A stretch of 64,000 nt of DNA from the IMG/VR virus record IMGVR_UViG_3300012936_000003, positions 39,801-103,800 of that record. The stretch is one strand, 5' to 3'. A program made the position numbers and the translations under genes. The notes under the pieces were generated by a model. It was not told where the DNA came from and did no database searches. It worked only from the letters and a program-made list of their open reading frames with translations. This document shows positions 59,328-64,000 of this stretch, in pieces. This DNA comes from a virus. The number at the start of each line of letters is the position of its first letter. The stretch's first letter is position 1.

Positions 59328-59552
59328 TTAATTAGTGTTGGGCTTTGCAATTTGACCACCGCAATCTAAGAGAAGATTAACTTGACCTAGACACTGCTCA
59401 TATAAAAATTTATAATCGCTGTCGTCCAAGTTCATCCGTGCCTCAATGAATACGGCGTGCAATTGCTCTGGTCCTTTTGCTTCTCTGACCATGCGGATAT
59501 ATTCTATAGCACCAATGTTAGAACTCCAAACATCAATATTCTTAACGCTCAT
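59328..59552 (-). CDS. Hypothetical protein
   Basis: MSVKNID.., ATGA overlap with upstream gene. Confidence 0.5.
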   Translation of the reverse strand: MSVKNIDVWSSNIGAIEYIRMVREAKGPEQLHAVFIEARMNLDDSDYKFLYEQCLGQVNLLLDCGGQIAKPNTN

Positions 59553-59746
59553 AAGTGTCCTTTCTTGTTGTCCGCCAAAGCGATAGATGCAATCTGCCAC
59601 TCGTGAAAATGACCTTGCCGGGTTCGCCAGACATACGCACGTGATACCGCTTCTTCAAAGCAGAATGCTTTGAGAGCGACACGGCGAAATTTGTACGGCT
59701 CACCAGTACGGTAGGCAACCACATCAAATTCTTTTTCGTCAACCAT
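59549..59746 (-). CDS. Hypothetical protein
   Basis: 65 aa, GAGGT RBS. Confidence 0.55.
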   Translation of the reverse strand: MVDEKEFDVVAYRTGEPYKFRRVALKAFCFEEAVSRAYVWRTRQGHFHEWQIASIALADNKKGHL

Positions 59747-59781
59747 GTTAACCTCGTTTGTTAGGATTAATTGTTATACCC

Positions 59782-59810
59782 AGTATATCATAGGAGCTAG
59801 GAGTTGTCAA
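59782..59810 (-). promoter_or_regulatory. Sigma70 promoter
   Basis: TTGACA-17-TATACT. Confidence 0.75.
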
Positions 59811-59828
59811 GGATATAATTGCTTTTTT

Positions 59829-60125
59829 TTAGGCTTCCGTTAGGCGATTAACCAGAACCGATAAACGACCAAGAGTATCGTCTACTCTTTCCTGTAGCTT
59901 ACTGGCATTATCGCCATGCTTAGCCCATTCAGCAATATCCGACTTTTTAATCTCCTCTAACATGAACCATAGGGATTCGTTCTCATCTTGTAATAAATTA
60001 ATTTGGGAATTCTGGGTCTCCACAATATTTCTAATCTGCAAGACCAACTCTAGAACCTTGTTGTCTAACTCATCTATTTCCATGAGTAGATTATTTACTT
60101 CTTCAAACATTTTCTGATGTGCCAT
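59829..60125 (-). CDS. Coiled-coil hypothetical protein
   Basis: 98 aa heptads, AAGGAGGT RBS. Confidence 0.55.
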   Translation of the reverse strand: MAHQKMFEEVNNLLMEIDELDNKVLELVLQIRNIVETQNSQINLLQDENESLWFMLEEIKKSDIAEWAKHGDNASKLQERVDDTLGRLSVLVNRLTEA

Positions 60126-60516
60126 CTGGCACCTCCTTTATTCTTAAAACTATTTGAAGGTCTGCTGGGTGTTCTATATAAGTCTCGCCGTTTGTCCACA
60201 CCACTTTTATTAAATATGTTTCTGATAGTGGCGTGCAATCCTCCTCATCCCAAAGCAGCATCTTTTCTAGTAGTTGCTGCCTGTCCCAAGGATAGGTCTC
60301 TGGTTTCGTTTCTACTGTCCGTAGTGCGTGATACATTCTTAGTTCTTCTAGGAAACCTTTTGCATACTCTGGACTTCTTTCTTCTTCTAACCTTTTCCAC
60401 TCTTGCTTGAAACTAAGTATCTCAACCACAACGCCAACATTGTTTCTGTTCTTAGCAAACGGAAGCTCCTCTGTGTACTCTACCAAATCACCTATTGAAA
60501 ACTTATTTTTATGCAC
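60103..60516 (-). CDS. KOW-like protein with insertion
   Basis: FSIGDLV..GVVVE..IKVVW. Confidence 0.55.
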   Translation of the reverse strand: MHKNKFSIGDLVEYTEELPFAKNRNNVGVVVEILSFKQEWKRLEEERSPEYAKGFLEELRMYHALRTVETKPETYPWDRQQLLEKMLLWDEEDCTPLSETYLIKVVWTNGETYIEHPADLQIVLRIKEVPDGTSENV

Positions 60517-60518
60517 AT

Positions 60519-60556
60519 GTAGACCCTCACGAATATAAATAGTCCGTGGGGTCTAC
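60519..60556 (-). promoter_or_regulatory. SD-occluding hairpin with late promoter motif in its loop
   Basis: GTAGACCCCACG-GACTATTTATATT-CGTGAGGGTCTAC directly before GTG start. Confidence 0.55.
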
Positions 60557-60565
60557 TTTGGTACT

Positions 60566-60865
60566 TTATTCTTTTGTCAGCTTCGGTAATCCGTTTGGCA
60601 GTTCGCCCGATACCATGCCACCGTGCTTGGCGATGACTAGGGTTACGACAGGGACTGGCACGTAGGCGTATACGGTATCGGTCGGCTTACTCTCATTCTC
60701 AACCCATGGCATAAGCAGTTCCTCTCGCTCGCTGGGGTATCCTACCTCTACCTCGGTGTATCGCTCTGCATCGTCTATCCTTGGTGCACAGTACGCCCCA
60801 TCATGCGCCTGTACAGACATGCTAAAACCATCAGCACAAACAACCTTTTCATTTCTCTTGAACAT
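60566..60865 (-). CDS. Hypothetical phage protein
   Basis: CADGFSMSVQA..YC.PR..VEVGYPS. Confidence 0.65.
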   Translation of the reverse strand: MFKRNEKVVCADGFSMSVQAHDGAYCAPRIDDAERYTEVEVGYPSEREELLMPWVENESKPTDTVYAYVPVPVVTLVIAKHGGMVSGELPNGLPKLTKE

Positions 60866-60905
60866 TTTTACCTTACCCTGTGTAAACTTTTCTTTACAAT
60901 TAACT

Positions 60906-61226
60906 TTAACGTTTAAAGATCTCTGTCTCCGGCGCAGGATGCAGCCATGGACCTGATATATAACTTAACCTGTTGTACATATTTACATTTAAAACTCCGT
61001 ATCGCTCGTTACCGTCCGCTTCTTGATATAATGTGTCTCCACCCTTTCCGGGTGTCCACAAGAGCCGTAGCGTCATCTGTGGACCGTATTTGCCCTTACC
61101 CTGATACCTGTCAAAGACTTCTGTCACTAGGGCAGTCTCGCCATTCTTGTATACAAATAAATCTCCAACCTTGAATACATCTGGTTTGCGATCTCCCTTG
61201 ACGAGATATTGTCTAGACCGTTTCAT
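60906..61226 (-). CDS. KOW-like protein
   Basis: FKVGDLF..; GGAGG RBS. Confidence 0.55.
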   Translation of the reverse strand: MKRSRQYLVKGDRKPDVFKVGDLFVYKNGETALVTEVFDRYQGKGKYGPQMTLRLLWTPGKGGDTLYQEADGNERYGVLNVNMYNRLSYISGPWLHPAPETEIFKR

Positions 61227-61458
61227 GGCAATCCTCCACCTGTGTGTACTTTCACATAATACCAAATGCCCACAGCTAGTACCGCAGCTACAAACATAAG
61301 TTTATATTCTGGTTCTTTATTTTTGGGCATTTTTTAAATCTCCATTTTTTTCGCCGCTATTGAAAACGTACTTAGGCAGGATCCGTGCCAGTAGTAGGGG
61401 GGTGGGACTTAGATTCCGGTCCCCGGTCCCGGTGGGGGTGGGGCTACTCCCCCTACCC

Positions 61459-61487
61459 CTTATAACATATTGCTATATCCTTGTCAA
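61459..61487 (-). promoter_or_regulatory. Sigma70 promoter
   Basis: TTGACA-17-TATAAG. Confidence 0.65.
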
Positions 61488-61498
61488 GTATAAACTTA

Positions 61499-61786
61499 TT
61501 AATTGAATACCGCTTGGGCTGTGTGCTTACACTGCTTGCGGTACTTGAACCCTTGGCACGTGCAGTACCGTTTGCCATTAGGGTAGCGTGTCACTGTGTA
61601 CTCACCTACCTTAGCTGTCTGCTTACCACGACGGTTAGCACGTCGTCGTATCTCTCTGTTGTAGCAGTCAATACAACCTGTGAAGTCGTGCTCGGCTTTA
61701 CCACCGCAGACACCACAGTATCTGTAATGGTAGCCCTCGTCATTCTCTATCCACTGACCACCACGTTTCCATTTAATTAATTCCAT
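61499..61786 (-). CDS. Zinc-finger protein with SWIM-like motif
   Basis: CGVCG..CIDC; CTC.GF..RKQCKH. Confidence 0.7.
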   Translation of the reverse strand: MELIKWKRGGQWIENDEGYHYRYCGVCGGKAEHDFTGCIDCYNREIRRRANRRGKQTAKVGEYTVTRYPNGKRYCTCQGFKYRKQCKHTAQAVFN

Positions 61787-61830
61787 ATCTAACTCCTTGG
61801 GGAAGGTTACTATCTCTTACTTACATATAC

Positions 61831-61859
61831 ATTATAGTTGCTGGAGTTGGTAAAGTCAA
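61831..61859 (-). promoter_or_regulatory. Early sigma70 promoter
   Basis: TTGACT-17-TATAAT. Confidence 0.75.
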
Positions 61860-62058
61860 GAACTATTTTATTTTTTATTACCCTCGGGATCCTTTTGATC
61901 CTCACCCAAATAAAATTGCACGGGCGACCCTCCAACCCGTGACTCACTGATCTTCCCCCGAGACCTTGTGTCTAAGACACCCTACCCATCTGACTTTCAT
62001 TGGGGGGAGCGACGTGCTCTACCTCGCCCACTGTCAGACTCTCACCAATCCCCCTCCC

Positions 62059-63312
62059 TTAGTCGTCAATAGCGATTACTCGCTCATTGGTTTGGAAGTA
62101 AGGATGCTTTGCGTAGTATGGAGTGGTCATCCACATTCGCTGGCACTTACTTGCCACTGGCTTTGGAGCCATCATGTCAGTCAGGATGATGTGACCGTCA
62201 AAGTCACGCTCGTTGACGTACTTGGTAGGAGCATCAAAGTCCGTACCTCCGTACATCACACGCTCACGCTTACGGTTCTCACCCTTCTTCCAAACATAAA
62301 TCTTGTCTTCACCCACGGCACTGTCAAAAGGAATCACCGTGAACTCTGCCAGCTTGGCGAGCTTGTTAAGCTCAGAGAAGAACTGGGCAAGCATCCCATC
62401 ATCAACAGAACCAGACTGGTCAATGCTGATGGCAATCTTAGCCGTTCGGTTAACCTTGCGACCGGGATGGACATAGGCGTACCGACGATTAATTCTTTTA
62501 ATCGTTGAAGACTTGTTAGCCTTCTGGCTGGTCTTGATGAAGTAACGAAGGACTTTCTTCCAGTCAATCTTTGCCGTCAAGCGGTCCATGATTTCCGTTC
62601 GGACAGACTGGCTAACCGTACCCCAACTGTTACTCTTGGCAGCTTCTTGAGCAGCCTCCTTGAGAGATTCCTTGAGACGCTGCTTAGCGATCTCGTTGGC
62701 AGTGTTGTCGCCAGCAGCCTCACCCCAACCAGAGTGGTCATCCCAAGGCTGGGGCTCACCGCCACCTTGACCTTGACCTTCTTGACCCTCACCGGGTTGA
62801 CCCTGACCGCCACCTTCACCGGGCTCACCCTGACCATCGCCAGACTGACCCTCACCATTTTCGTTTTCTTTATTATCTCCCTCGGGAAGATTTGCGTAGT
62901 ACCACTCAGCAGACTTGCCCTTGGGCAGTTCGGCGAAATGACCTTCACCCGGAATCAGAGCACCTTCGGGAAGGTTATCAATGTGAGAGTTAATCGCTAG
63001 GTCAGTAGCGAAGTTCCACTTCTTGGACATACCGGCATCAGGCAGACGACCCGTGACATGCTCAAAGATCAAGTGGTAGAACTCGTGCTTGAGAACTGCG
63101 GTACGTTCTTCGTCGGTCAACCCATTAAAGAACTCAGGGTTGTAGACCATCTCAAAATGACCGGTCTCTGGATTGACACGCACACCAGCAGTAGGAACGC
63201 CAGTGTTAGCTTTCTTGTCAATCTTGCGTGACAGCGCCGCAAAGAAGGGCTCTTTTATCAAGAGGCGGGCTGTGTGTTTGTTCAAATCAAAAGTCATTCG
63301 TTTCTCTCTCAT
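62059..63312 (-). CDS. Metallopeptidase-vWA protein (DUF2201-like)
   Basis: KHEFYH, ATDLAIN, IDQSGSV, GGTDF, ILTD. Confidence 0.85.
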   Translation of the reverse strand: MREKRMTFDLNKHTARLLIKEPFFAALSRKIDKKANTGVPTAGVRVNPETGHFEMVYNPEFFNGLTDEERTAVLKHEFYHLIFEHVTGRLPDAGMSKKWNFATDLAINSHIDNLPEGALIPGEGHFAELPKGKSAEWYYANLPEGDNKENENGEGQSGDGQGEPGEGGGQGQPGEGQEGQGQGGGEPQPWDDHSGWGEAAGDNTANEIAKQRLKESLKEAAQEAAKSNSWGTVSQSVRTEIMDRLTAKIDWKKVLRYFIKTSQKANKSSTIKRINRRYAYVHPGRKVNRTAKIAISIDQSGSVDDGMLAQFFSELNKLAKLAEFTVIPFDSAVGEDKIYVWKKGENRKRERVMYGGTDFDAPTKYVNERDFDGHIILTDMMAPKPVASKCQRMWMTTPYYAKHPYFQTNERVIAIDD

Positions 63313-63327
63313 CCTCAGTACATATAT

Positions 63328-63356
63328 AATGTATCATAGGATCTCGCAGAAGTCAA
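63328..63356 (-). promoter_or_regulatory. Early sigma70 promoter
   Basis: TTGACT-17-TACATT. Confidence 0.6.
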
Positions 63357-63442
63357 GCAATAAATGTCAAATCCATGAAAAAAGTGAGGAATGGGCAGAG
63401 GGCGATCCCGCCATGCCCAGACCTCTAATCCTTCCCCAAGGA

Positions 63443-64000
63443 TTAAGCACCCTCACCAGTGAGGAGGGCAACGATGTGACCCGCAACCGGAACACCGTCA
63501 ACCACGCTCTGGTGGAGCGCAACAGTATTGTCAATGTGACCGTCACCAAGGACCGTCCACAACTTCATAGCGACCTCAGACGGAAGCGTCAAGAAGTAAG
63601 CCGCCAAGTTGTTGATTTGCTCAACAGGCAAGGCTTCGGCGAAGACCTTCTGGCTTTCCATCTTGTCAACGAGAGCACAGTGGTCATTGATGCCGAACTC
63701 GGCAACCTTCTCAAGCTCACCATTGACGATAACCATCTCAACAGTGACCTGACGTTCGTACTTCTCAGCGAAGTCACGGAACGCAACACCAGCCTCAAAG
63801 CCGATGAAAGCGCAACCAAGCTCAAAGATGGTGGCAGCGTTAGCCTTCCGATTCTCATCGGTCAGGAACCCAGCACCCTCAAGGCACTCGTTGAAGCGAT
63901 CCCAAGAGCGGCGACTCGGGTAAACCTTGTTAGGCTCAAAGTCACCTCGGTGCTCAAGGTGGTCACGATTCTGGTTAATGAAGTCCCAGACGATCTCGTT
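63443..64000 (-). CDS. MoxR-like AAA+ ATPase, C-terminal part (5' end outside window)
   Basis: Frame open to window edge; YPSRRSWDRF; adjacent DUF2201-vWA gene. Confidence 0.75.
   Translation of the reverse strand, partial: NEIVWDFINQNRDHLEHRGDFEPNKVYPSRRSWDRFNECLEGAGFLTDENRKANAATIFELGCAFIGFEAGVAFRDFAEKYERQVTVEMVIVNGELEKVAEFGINDHCALVDKMESQKVFAEALPVEQINNLAAYFLTLPSEVAMKLWTVLGDGHIDNTVALHQSVVDGVPVAGHIVALLTGEGA

Noticed and set aside
61880-62508. Plus ORF 61966-62508 and a possible KOW pseudogene in 61900-62058
   Set aside because: The ORF is antisense to the vWA gene; pseudogene similarity is too weak, and only short hairpins are present

Overview
This 64-kb window looks like part of a large tailed (jumbo/T4-like myovirus-type) bacteriophage genome in the standard genetic code, with almost all genes on the minus strand. 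1-6 kb: baseplate spike, hub with two cell-wall hydrolase domains, and a gp55-like sigma factor. 6-12 kb: glycosyltransferases, PD-(D/E)xK nuclease, PIN-PhoH. 12-19.5 kb: three paralogous acidic fibre-like proteins. 19.7-21.7 kb: a plus-strand lipoprotein cassette. 22.5-24.7 kb: a translation-quality-control locus (tRNA-Pro, ClpP, tRNA-Arg, tmRNA with tag ANDNVDFALAA, Fis-like HTH gene overlapping the tmRNA 5' end). 24.7-28.8 kb: putative head-cargo proteins, including a ligase-like/HIGH-nucleotidyltransferase/ParB/BECR four-domain fusion. 28.9-47 kb: three giant Cys-rich proteins, one with cohesin/dockerin-like modules. 50-64 kb: small early/middle genes with consensus sigma70 promoters, three candidate structured ncRNAs, and a MoxR-VWA pair. 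A recurrent ACTAWTTAT motif marks probable late promoters. Several clues, recalled from memory and not verified, suggest a Myxococcota host. All domain calls come from manual motif reading; no searches were run.
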